Source of the DNA: Bugula neritina
Taxonomy: Eukaryota; Animalia; Bryozoa
DNA: 64,000 nt
NCBI GenBank assembly: GCA_964035545.1
Contig: OZ037765.1
Location: 32,921,504 to 32,985,503 of the forward strand
Reading direction: 5' to 3'
How positions within the stretch are numbered: position 1 is the stretch's first letter; each line of letters begins with the position of its first letter. Position numbers and translations under genes: made by a program. Below are positions 1-12,300 of this stretch, in pieces. The notes below the pieces were generated by a model that did no database searches, was not told the DNA's origin, and worked only from the letters and a program-made list of their open reading frames with translations.

Positions 1-241
1 GTGAAAATTTCATAAGTAATTTGAGTATTTTTAATGTTGTGACATGCACAAAAAGCCAATGTGTTTTTAAGTGTCATATTAGGTGCTAAAGCCAGCTTTA
101 CCCAGGATATATCTTTGACAAATAATCAATATAGTATTTACAAAATACAAGTCGTGATAACATGTATATCTCTGTGCTGTATAAAATACATATGTTATGT
201 GTAATTTTATTCTCTTGTCATAGCATAAATTTATATTACAG

Positions 242-379
242 TCTCTGTCAGCTGACTCAGTTAAAGATACTAGACATAGGAGGGAATCCTCTCAACACAG
301 TACCAGATGTTGTGTCATCACTCACATCACTTAAACAGTTGAATATGAGTCACTGTAGAATATCCAGTCTACCTGAGAG
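242..379 (+). CDS. LRR cassette exon A (138 nt, two 23-aa LRRs)
   Basis: ttattacAG|tctc...gagag|GTttgt; SLCQLTQLKILDIGGNPLNTVPDVVSSLTSLKQLNMSHCRISSLPE; phase 2-2. Confidence 0.9.
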
Positions 380-3300
380 GTTTGTGCTTCACACGCCTGT
401 TACTACTTCACAACCTCATTATTACCTTGATCCCTTTAAAGTATATCTGTACACAATTTATATTATGCAAAATAATATAAAGGATATAAATGTGTAGGTG
501 AATTTTGTACCCAGCTTAAAGTTTTGGTAAAACACAATGAGATGGGAAGGGTGGAGTGCATTATGATTTGAAAACCACCCTCTCTCATGAAAAGGTGGAT
601 TATAATTTTGTTCTACTTCTATATTAAAATATCCCAGCTATAACGTAAAATTATATTGCTACTTAGCATTTTGCTAAAGTTTTCATGTGGAAAGAATACT
701 AGATATAGGTTGTTACTAAAGAAAACAGTGGTCTAGGGGCTTGAACCCGACAAAGGCCATTAGTGATGTTAGGAAGACTACCCAGTACCCAGTCACAATT
801 GCTCCTGTGCCCCATCTGAATAAGTCCTTAGCCCAGTTTAACGAAAAATCATTTCATCGGGGATTTTCTCACAGGGATGGTGATTATAAATTTTCGTCAG
901 TTTTATTTTTAAATAAAGCGAACAAACCACTTGTTATATAAAGTACTAATACCTATTAGTGACATAATTTGTTACTGATCACTTATACATCAAATCTCAT
1001 TTATCTTATTAGATGAAACAATTTAAGGTAAAATATTGTGAAGATTGCAAAAAAAATATTTTGTTTTGTCGAGAGAACTTTTCGAAGCTATAAACTGCTG
1101 CATGATATTTCATTATCTTTCTGTTGTAAATTTTTATATTATATTCTTATATTACAGTTTCTCCCAGCTGACTCAGTTAGAGACACTAGACATGGTAGGG
1201 AATCCTCTCAACACAGTACCAGATGTTGTGTCATCACTCACATCACTTAAACAGTTGAATATGAGTAACTTTGGTATATTGAGTGTACTTGAGAGGTTTG
1301 TGTGTCACATGTTCATTACTACTTCACAACATCATTATTACTACTCTCTAACTTATATTTATACACAACTTATAGTGGGGCCATTTTACTTAATTTAGTA
1401 GACACTCAAAATCTCCAGTTTTTAGCTACTTTTCACAATTTGGCTGCTAATTTATATAGGTTTTTACCCAAAACTAACAAAATGTTAACAAAGACAACTA
1501 AATATTTCAGGTTCTTTTTAGTTTTGCTTAGTTTTCCATGTTTTTCCCCAATTGTTTAAGTAATTTGGAGCTTCGAACCATTACAAAAATTCTGTGACAG
1601 TCCGCAAATCTAAGTTAACTGATTAAATGGGGAAAAACATAGGAAATCAAGCAAACTTAAGAAGAACCTGGATTATTTAGTTGTATTTGTTAATATTTTG
1701 TTAGTTTTAGGCAAAAACCTATAATAAAAATTAGCAGCCAAATTGTGAAAAATAGTGTTGTAGTTTAGCGGATTACTACAAGTGTGGTGTTATTGTGTGC
1801 TTAGACTGCTAGAGCATAGCCCTGCTACGAGATTTACTTGAGAATCGAGCAGTGGTTGAGATTAGTTGACAATTATATTTATGATACTAATTACAAACCA
1901 AGTCACATCCAGTCAAAAAGACATACAAAAGAAAAAATATATATAGTAGTACAAGTAAGGAGCTTCGCACGGTATATCTGCATGGAACGAATGAATGCCC
2001 CCGGAAGGTCCTCCTTATAAGCGATGGTCTCCTCTGATTGGTTGGTGGCTTCTGGCAGGGGGACCGCAGCAGTAGTGGCGTATTATCCTGTGCCACTACC
2101 GCAGAGAGTGTGGTGTTTTAGAATGTTAGCCCAAGCCTAACAACGAGGATGCTATAATACTTTTGTGACTATAATATAGTTACGCTTTGCATGTAAGTGT
2201 TCGTATACCTAGTTGGCGGGAGATAGCGTATATGCTTCACGGCCATCACATCTCTACCCCACCAGCAGAAAATAAAACCTTCTGATTTCAAACCTAGGTA
2301 TCAGAACATAAAAAAATTTACATATTAAAAAAATACTTTGTAATATTGGATGATTAAAATTCGTAATAAAATAATAAAACAACAATAAAAAAGTCAGCTG
2401 TCCACTGTTACAGGGCGAAAAGATTGAAGCACCACAGTCAGTGAGGTTTGCATTTCAAAAAAAATATAACAAAAGGAAAGGAGCTATAAAAAGTTATTTT
2501 AAAAAGATGAATTTTAATTATAATGTACATTTTAGTATAAGCACCGAGATTGATGGCCAGATGAACAATTTGGCCAAAAAACACAGACTATCTGCCTGGC
2601 TTAGGGTGACGGGCTCTTCCTTTCTGTCCGGCGAGAGAGTCTTTGACACTGGCCAATTCAGTGATAACAGCCAGCAGCTGAGGAGTCAGCTGGCTCAATT
2701 TCTCTTCCAGCTTGTGGATGTGCTGCTCCAAGTCACAAATAATGCTGGATGAGCTAGGAATGGGAGATGGGCACGAGTGCCTCATCTTCTTTTCGGGCTT
2801 TTCCGCACCAGCGAATGTTATGAGGACCTGGAACCTTTGACCCAGTCGAGTCGTCAAATGACAACTCAAGGAGATGGAGGTCTCGAAGAAGAGGATCCAG
2901 GGGCATGAAAAGATAAAACGGATTCCTTAGCTCTAGACAACGACCAGCTGTGATGGCCCACCGGGAGAGAAAACCTTTGACAAGCTGTGACAACTGGCCC
3001 CAGTCCTGGACTGAGGTACTGATAATTTGGAAGAAATCCTTGGACATGGCAGCATCTACTTCAGGAAGGTGGCCCAAGTGGCATTTCATTGTCTTCTGAT
3101 TTCTGATGACATAGTCACGATTGTAACTGAATTCCCCACATGGGCAAAAGATCATTGCAAAGTGTTGGACAACATGGACACGTAAGTGACCGTAAGTCAT
3201 GAGCTGTTCTTGGCATAACTTTCAGGCTGTGTTATCAGGGGGCTCGAGTGTATTGATGATATCGATAAGGATAGATGGAAGAGTCCAATCTGACCGATGA

Positions 3301-6300
3301 TAATGAGCTGTGAGCAGTCCGCCATCTTTGAGTGCAGGCTGACTTTCTATCAGAGGTAAGGATTGAGTCTCCAGTATGGGGTTATCATCCCAGCTCATCT
3401 CTGGAGAAGACGGGGCACCCCGCCATGGCAGATAGAGTGGAATCTAAAAGAGCAAAATCAGGAGTAGATCTTTACTTCCCAACCTATGTGATTCTCAACT
3501 TTTAGCAACCTGTGAACCACTTACCCCTTTATATGGCACTTGCGAGACTATTGACAACTGCCTAGACTGATTAAGAGCAATAGATTCTAGATCTCCATCT
3601 AGTAGATCGTCTGTAATTACTAAGTTCTCATTGTCAATCGCGGTTGTCAATGTCCTCAGTAAGTCAAACTTAAACTGACTGTCTGAGTTGGACTGCACTG
3701 ACATCAGATCAGTTGCTCTAATAGTAAGCATACTTGATCTGAATGACTTACCTGCAATATCAGCAATTGAGTTCGCACTTAGATTATTAAAAGCTGTTGT
3801 ATCACAGACAGGTAGCGAGCGTCTCGCTCCATGGGTTGTCAATGTGAAAAAGACCGGGCCGCGTGGTTATTGCAAATAGTACAACTTTTGTGTCATTGGC
3901 AGATTAATCCCGCGCACTGCTCCACCTTCGCATTGAGAAAACTTTTTTTTTAATTGCACAGCTTCCACACCACCTGGAATGGTTCACCGCGGTGACTTCC
4001 GCCTAGCTCTTATTTTGCCGCGTTGCAAGCAGTCACATACAAAGTCCTGTAAGTAGGACATAGGCTCATTGTTAAGGCCAATGGTGGCTTCTCCTTTGGG
4101 GCTTCTGCCACCAAAGGAGGGGTCACGGGGACGGGAGTCCACTAGGACCTCTTCCTTATTACTGTGACTGGAACCTCTATTTAGAAACGGGATCCTCATT
4201 ATCCCAGGGATGGCAGTGGGGAGCCTGGTCAGGGCAACCGGCTTGTCCGTAGGTTGGGGTGGACAACTGGGGGCTCTGGTTCTATCTACCAGCCGCGGTA
4301 CTATGATTTTATACTCAGGACCGCGTCTCACCCGTCCGGACGCTGCTGGCTGCTTCCTGGGCTCAAGTAGCAAAAGTGCTTCACCCACTGTGTTGGGGCT
4401 GACCCAATATCGCGAGCTTCGTTCTGCACAGAGATCTGCCCAGACAACCTTACCTTGTGCATATGATTGGGCAAAGCCTCGACTACTAAGTAGGACCCCA
4501 CGAACATGGGCTGTAACTTAGCTGACTGCCCGCAGTGCCTAAAATAGCTAGCCATCCAGACCCAGTCCCGCGCCTGATAGAGCAGATGCTCCTCGAAATC
4601 TTCTTCCCGCAATTGGCATTGCTTCTCACAGAGCATGTCGTGTGCGGTTCTCATTTGTTCTACCAGTTCCTCTACGTACTCATGTGCAGAGCTTTCGAGG
4701 TTCGGAACAAGGTAGGTCAGGTGGTCGGAGATACGCGTCTCTCGACCCAGCATTAGGAAGTTGGGAGTCTCAGATGTGCTCATATGAGGCATGCTGCAGT
4801 ACGCATGCATAACCTGTGAGAGCACTGTATCCCATTCCACCTGTCTTTGGTCGAGAAGCAGACTCCGGAGAGCATCACCCAGCATGCTGTTGTTCTGTTG
4901 GACAATCCCATTGCCGTGTGGGTGATACGGGGTAGTCCTGCTCTGATTCACCCTGGGCACCTTGATCGGAGTGTATCTGTTTTGGCATACCCAGATAACA
5001 GAACACATGCTGCTCTAGGGCCCAGGCCACAGTTGAGGCCGACACATCTGGAATAGCTAGAGGGTAGCCCACCAATTAAAGTGGTCTGTGAGCATCAGAA
5101 TCCAATTGTTATCTTTGGGGGGTCGCGGGCATGGGGCCTACCAGGTCAAGAGCCATCACCTGCCAAAGTCGCCCTGTGTATAGCCGTCTCTGCCTCACAC
5201 TGTCTGGAGGGCGGCTGTGTTTACTGGCCTGGTAGATTTTACACTGTTTCACTTTCAGCCGCACATCACGACCCATCCACGGCCAACACCATCAGAGTTG
5301 CAATTTCTTGACCACTCGCTGGACCCCTACATGAGCCTGTTTGTGTGTGTCCCAAAACAACTCACGACAGATAGCAAAAGAACAAACTACTCTTTCGCGC
5401 CCTGGATGTCTGTCCTTAATGCCCAACGTGATAGTCAACAGACCATCTTTATTAAACCAAAGTGAATCCCAGCGGTGGCAGAACATCTGGAACTCAGTAC
5501 ATCACTGCTGCTGCTCCTCTTCACCGAGTAGCTTCCCTTCTTTGTTAGCCTTATAAATGTTGGTTACTACTCTAGGTAGCGTTTCCTGGAGTTTACGCAG
5601 CTCCGTGACATTCTCAGCCAAAACCGGATTAGCACAGAGAGTGTTTACAGTACCCATAGAGAGCTGGTCGTGAGCTCACCTTGTTCTCGGATGTAACCAC
5701 TGAGCAGATCAAACTGTGCTTCTATGTCAGAGCGAGGGGGCTTCATCTCTCTTCTCGATATTTAAGCACTGTTTGTACCCTCCCTCAGGACGTCGGCTTA
5801 GCCCATCTGCATTGCCTTGTTTTTTCTCAGGTCGGTGTTCGATCCGATAGGAAAACTCGGCCAGGATTTCGAGCCATTGTGCAACCTGACTGGAGGGTTC
5901 GGCTTTATTGCACAACTTGATCAGCTAGGCATAGTCTGTCCACAAGCGGAACATCATCCTGTATAGATAGGGTCGGCCAACGTGTCATTTTCCCTTTTGT
6001 CTCTCATTCTGAGTGTGTCAAAGAGTCGGCGGTTTAAGAGATTTGTAGTACACCGTTAATCCAGCAGGAAGGTGGCAGCTTTGCCGGCTAATTTGCCTCG
6101 CAAGAGGTAGCTACCACCATAGGGTTGTACTCTAGTTCTCTTAGCGTTCTCGACCTCTGTAGGTGACACTCCTCGAGCCTCGAGTGTAGACGGAGCCTGT
6201 GTCTGGTGGCTATGAGGTGGTCCTAGAAGTTGCAGAGGCACGTACATAGACTCGGGGTCCTGCCTCATCTCTTGGACAGACCACTCTTCTTGTGGCCTGT

Positions 6301-9300
6301 CGAAACGGTTTCGGAGTGGGCATGTGGTGGGAACAGGCCTGTTGGTCCTATTTGGCACCTGCCACTCAGTTGGTGGCACTGTTGACATTCTCGCCGGCTG
6401 TGAGTGGCTCCCCTGTGACCAGTGACTTATCTCCAGCCTGCGGTTGGCGGAAGAGGTTGTGGGCCGCAGTGGTTCAACTCCTGTCACCTGAGTTGCAGAC
6501 ACTCCCTGCAGAGATGTCCGCGGCTCCCGCATTCTCAGCATATTGGAGCTCGTCCTGTGGCAGTATCCACCCCCAATTTCTTGGGCCTCATAGCAGGTTT
6601 AGTCATTTGGAACTGCACCAGAGCCGCCACCAACTTGCCCACCATCTCTGTCAGGTGAGCGATGTCAGCAGCTAAGGAGGAGCTGGCCATGGAGACAACG
6701 TGAGCAGTTGGTTCAGACTCAAGTTTAGTACTCCGTAGCTCTGTCTCAACCTGGCAAGAACTCACTGGGCTTTTATGCAGCTGATTAACCTGCAAATAAG
6801 CCTCACTTTCCCTGAGTGCATCCTCGGCTGTTTTTACTCCGGTCGTCAGGAACTGGTGGTGAAGTCCCAGCTCGCCTAATGACTGTACAAAAGCGTCGTA
6901 GGTGTAGCGCTCCTGGTTTGCAGGTGACAATTCGCTGTGTGTGATTTCTGTCAACCATTTTACCGTGGCGTTATGTTCTTGCAAGGGTGTGTGTGGGTCA
7001 CGCCGCAACCCCAGCAAGTGAACCCTGGCGTCAATGCCTGAGAGGCCAAATCGGGCTAGTACGGTGGCAAAAATGCTGTCAACATTGGTTCCTAACTTGT
7101 AGGGTTTGGCCTTATCTGTCAACGCCAGCCACAGTTGTAAGAGTTCGACCCTAGGTGGCCACTGAGAGACGGTGACCACATCACTGAACTCTTGAATAAA
7201 TTTTTCCACGTTTGTTTGTTTGTTTGTTTTATTTTGTCGTAGTTGGAGAAAAAAAATTAATTGAGAAAAAATAAACAAAATGACAGGGCCTATGGCGCAA
7301 TAGCACTGTAGCTAGTCGAGGCGCCGAGCCATGAATGGTTGACAGTTATATAAGATTTTTGTTTAGGTTTTTGGAAGTTTTAGCAACTCAAAGAGTTTTA
7401 TTTTTTTATCTGGAAATTTGCCATTAGGTGGTCTCTCAGGGCAAATTTGAAACCAGCCTCCCTCTCCACAGCACGAATAGAACTAGGCAATTTATTCCAT
7501 AGCGACGAACATTGGAATTCCACTCTTCGTTGACCTGCAGCAGCAGCATAGTCTTCATTACTATTAAAAATGTGGGCTTTCAGGCAGTATTTGTCACCAG
7601 ATAGTTCTCTGTCTGCTTCCTCGCTCCGCGGTGTCAGATTACTAGGAACTTCAAGGTCTACAGGCTCACCTTCAGTCTCCGTTGGCTGCGCCGGTGGCCT
7701 GTCTTCCATCAGGACATCTCTCTCAGCGCCTCCCCCGTTAGGGTCGGACATCTGGAATTTTCTCTCCTAGTAGGATGGCAATTGCATCTGCACACAGAAA
7801 TCTCACTGCTGCTACCACTGTTGTAGTTTAGCGGATTACTACAAGTGTGGTGTTATTGTGTGCTTAGACTGCTAGAGCATGGTCCTTCTACGAGGTTTAC
7901 GTGAGAGACCCAAGTAGTGGTGGATATTAGTTGGAAATTATATTTATAGTACTAATTACAAACAAAGTTGTGTCCCGTTAAAAAAACATACACAAGAAAA
8001 AATATATATAGTAGTACAAGTAATGAGCTTTGCACGATATATCCACATGGAACATATGAATGCACCTGGAAGGTCGTTCTTGTAAGTGAAAGGTCTCCTC
8101 TGCTTGGCTGGTGGGTTCTGGCAGGGGGGCCGCTGCGGTAGTGGCGTATTATTCTGCACCACTAGAGAGTGCGGTACTTTACAATGTTAGTCCAAGCGTA
8201 ACAATGATGATGCTATAATACTTTTGTTATTATTATAATATAGTTACGCTTCGTACGTAAATGTTTGATACATAGTGGGCGGGAGATAGTGTATATGCCT
8301 CATGGTCATCACAATAGCTAATAACTGAAGTTTTTGCGTGTGTACTAATTAAAGCAAAATGACCCAGTAATATAACATAAAATAATTTACAGGATATAGA
8401 ATAAAGCTGTAGTCTCTGTACTGTGGCTGAGTTCCATGTGCTATATAATGAGCTGGTAAGGATGCAAAGTGAAGATTGGAAAAGCTAATATAAACCTTTT
8501 ATAGGGCTATGAGTTGGATTATGAAAGGAGTTGTATTATTGTATATATCAAAATGTTATATAGTTTATAATAGTTGTATACATTATATGTTATTAGGAGT
8601 TGAATATACAGCACTGATGCAGTTTATATTTTATATTGTTATATTGAATTCTCTATAAGCTTAGAGCCACAGGGCGCAGGTTTTCTGCATGCGGGTCCAA
8701 ATTTTTGAAAACTCATTGTGGGAACAATCTGTCACACACAATGCGTGGGTTGTGGATGCAGAAGTTTGTTAGCTAATGATCTTGGAGTTTAACTTTACTG
8801 CTGCCTACCGACGTTTGTTTTTAAATGTATGTCATCGGCAAAGTGACTTCAGATAATATTAAAGCGGAAATGCAAACTACACAAAGCTGTTTTAATTCAG
8901 TTCAATATAAATTAAAACTTGAATTGAAATTCTGCACTCGCCGCTCAGCATACGTTATCTACATAAAAACACGCACACAACAGCCCACATGAGTAACCCT
9001 AGTAGTGTGGCTCTACACTAAGCTGACTAGGTAATTCGTAATAATTATGTAATGACTCACTATTCTTAGCAGTGAATAAAAAAGAGCTGCTTAAAACTAA
9101 CCAGCAAGCTTTGTGCAAAATCTCCTAAAACTTTCACAAATTATATTATTCAGACCTGTTTACTCTGAATATTTTGAAGCAAAACAGCATCCCGACATAA
9201 AGATGCAAATAATGAAAATATAATCTACCATGTATTGAACCAGAACTAGTATTATTCTGTCATGATAATACTGTATGAAATTTGTATTATATCCATTGCA

Positions 9301-12300
9301 TTCAATATATGAGGTACTATTATCCTGCTTTACTCAGGATGTTGTTTTGAATGATACTCAATATTTCTGTGAAATACTGAGATGCGATATTTAACTCATA
9401 CACATATCAATACTGCATATGATGCTTATATTGTATGTAGTTATTTTCTCTTCTTATATTCTGTATATATTTATGTTCCAGTATGTATCAGCTGACTCAG
9501 TTAGAGACACCAGAAGAGACACCAGACATGGAAGACAATAGCTTCACCACAGTAAGAGCTTTTGTATCATCACCTAAACAGTTGAAGATAAGTAGATCTG
9601 GAAAATTCAGTCTGCCTGAAAGGTTTGTGTGCCACATGTTTATTACTACTTCACAACATCATTATTGCCTTCTAGTTTTAAATTATAATTATACACTACT
9701 TATAGTATGTAAATTAATATACAGGATACAGAGGGTAGCTTTATATAACTTTTAGGCTTAACCTGAGATTCCTGTGTTATACAATAAACTGAATAGGGTG
9801 CAGTGTAAGTATTTATAGAGCCACCCTATCTTATGGCTATATGAGTTGAAATATGAACAAACTTGTACTTTCCTACAAGACAACAATTAGGTAAAGATTT
9901 ACACGAGTTTCAAAGCACATATATTGTATTGAGCACAAAGAAGGTTATCCACTGCCAAAATTGCCCCAGGTGATTTTAGGTAAAAATACATGGCACAGGT
10001 AAAAATGGCACTAGTAATTAAGGGCATAAATGGAAAAGTAGGAAAAAAGCCACACTAATGTTAAATTTTCACAAAGCCTCAACCCATGAAACCCAACCCA
10101 AACTCAAACTCCCATTTCCAAACCTAAATCCTCACCCCAAACACCTAACCTCACCCAAACCCTAAAATTGAAAATGTGACATTTTTTCCTACTTATCCAT
10201 TGTTATCATTTTTGCCAGTGCCATTATTACCTGTGCCATTTTTACCTGTGCCATCTTTATCAGACACCGCCACAGGTAGTTGAACCCTAGAAATGATATT
10301 GCATAGCTTCTATTTATCTCTTGTGAGAACAAAAGTAATTGTAATTGTAATATTGATTACTTTGCCATGTAATTGTAAATAATTACATTACTTTTTAACT
10401 GTAATTATAATTGTAATTGTAATTGACAAATTTTCATGTAATTGTAATTAATTACATTCCCATGTAATTGACCCCAAGTTAAAATTAATCTATATATAGC
10501 AACTATTACTTGATGAGTTGTAGAGAATGAAACTAATTGTTTACTTTGTCGCAGAGTGCACTTACATTTATATTTCTGATGTAGTACATGTAAGCACATT
10601 ATAGAAACTAGCTTATATAATTATTGTAATCAGCTTTGATAATCTAAATCCAACTGCATTGTACATTAACATTGCATTGCTATCAGTTCAGCTTTCCTAA
10701 TTGTTGTCAAATGAATATTTTGAAGTTTAATAGAGATGATGAACAGAATAGTTTGACTTTTAAGACAGTTGACTCTTTAAATATTAATTTTAGCTCAGAA
10801 TATTCTACAATATAATGGTAGATATTTATAGTTTAGACACACCACAAGATCATGGCGGTAAATGGTGACCAAGTATTTTGTGGTTTTCACTTAATAAATT
10901 ACTGACTCTTAATATTACTATTAGTCACCACTTACTATGCTCATGTTACAAGTTGTTCTTAGCTTATAGCAGTTGGTGTTATTGCAGCACTTATTTTCTT
11001 AGAGATTAAATGTTATAAAGCTGAGCTAGATTCTTTTTCTGTAAAAAGGTGTTTATAATAGAAAGTGGTTTACTTGCCTCTCATCAAAAGACAAACTCAT
11101 TGTTTAAACAGTTTCACTTTTTTTATTATTTCAAAGCTTTCTTTAGAAAATTTAACTTTTTCTCAAAATTCTTTCAAGAATAATTTCTTGTTGAATTCTC
11201 TATCTAACAAAACTTAGAAAATTTTGCAGCTGTATATTAAAAAACTCCGAAATCTTCATGAATGCATGTTAGTCCACAGCTTCCAAATATATATAATTTC
11301 AAACTCTTAACATTATACTTTTAAAAATTGCAAGAAACGGGACAAACAATTGTTACTGCCATATTTATTTATTAGATGCCGAGTTGTTTTGACTTTTAGT
11401 TTGAGTAAGCTAGCTAGGAAAAGAATACATTTTGTAGTTAAAGTTTAATTGTTCAAATTATTTGTAAGCTTCAAATAGAAATTGGTACTTCTATGTTTGC
11501 TCAAAATTTTTATTTTGTTGTTCATTCCAATTTTCTATTTCAACAAATGTGATGCTATATAGGTTAAATAAAATAATAAGTTAAAAATTTTATGTAATAG
11601 CTGATATATCTTAAAACAGTTGTGGCTTCCTGCCTATATCTGTATTGAATAAAGTAATTATGTTGTATGTGATTTTATTCTCTTCTCACTATGTATATCT
11701 TAATACTACAGTTTCAGTCAGCTGACTCAGTTAGAGATACTAAACATAGGGTGGAATCCTCTGAACACAGTACCAGATGTTGTGTCATCACTCACATCAC
11801 TTAAACAGTTGGATATGAGTGGCTGTAGTATATCCAGTCTACCTGAGAGGTTTGTGTGTCGCATGTTTATTACTACTTCACAAAATCATTTATACCTCAC
11901 TTTAAACAGGATTTATATTCAACTTGTTGTATATAGACAAGATACTACGATCAACAAGCTGGGACATACAACTAATAATTGAACATTTCTATATTATTGT
12001 AAATTATACATATTTATGTTGTTGTATACCTTTATATTGCAGTCTCTCCCAGCTGACTCAGTTAGAGAATCTAAACATAGGAGGGAATCCTCTGAACACA
12101 GTACCAGATGTTGTGTCATCACTCACATCACTTAAACAGTTGAATATGAGTAGATGTGATATATCCAGTCTACCTGAGAGGTTTGTGTGTCACATGTTTA
12201 TTACTACTTCACAACATCATTTATACCTCACTTTGAACAGTATTTATATTCAACTTATAGTATATAGACAAGATACCACAATCAACAAGCTGGGACATAC

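Larger units (their letters stand above)
1756..8313 (-). mobile_element. Ty3/Gypsy LTR retrotransposon 1 (old, non-autonomous)
   Basis: Two diverged 495-bp TG...CA LTRs (1756-2250, 7819-8313); 4-bp TSD ATAG (1752-1755, 8314-8317); degenerate tRNA-Leu PBS at about 7800-7817; PPT at 2251-2260; fragmented gag, protease and integrase; RT and most of RNase H deleted at about 5975. Confidence 0.93.
1377..8365. mobile_element. Foldback MITE (1377-1755 + 8318-8365) split by a Gypsy insertion
   Basis: Left end gggccattttacttaatttagtagacac is the reverse complement of right end gtgtgtactaattaaagcaaaatgaccc; long internal inverted arms; related copy at 55213-55609. Confidence 0.75.

Noticed and set aside
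1221-1333. Exon GATGTTGTG pairing with intron CACAACATC across the donor (Dscam-like docking)
   Set aside because: Only 9 bp and broken without compensation in cassettes A, D and F
3495-3879. Overlapping ORFs on both strands between pol and ORF3 of Gypsy 1
   Set aside because: No motifs and not conserved as ORFs in Gypsy 2; likely compositional
8662-9015. hAT-like MITE with TAGAGCCAC inverted ends
   Set aside because: Only a 9-bp TIR and an imperfect TSD; no second copy in the window
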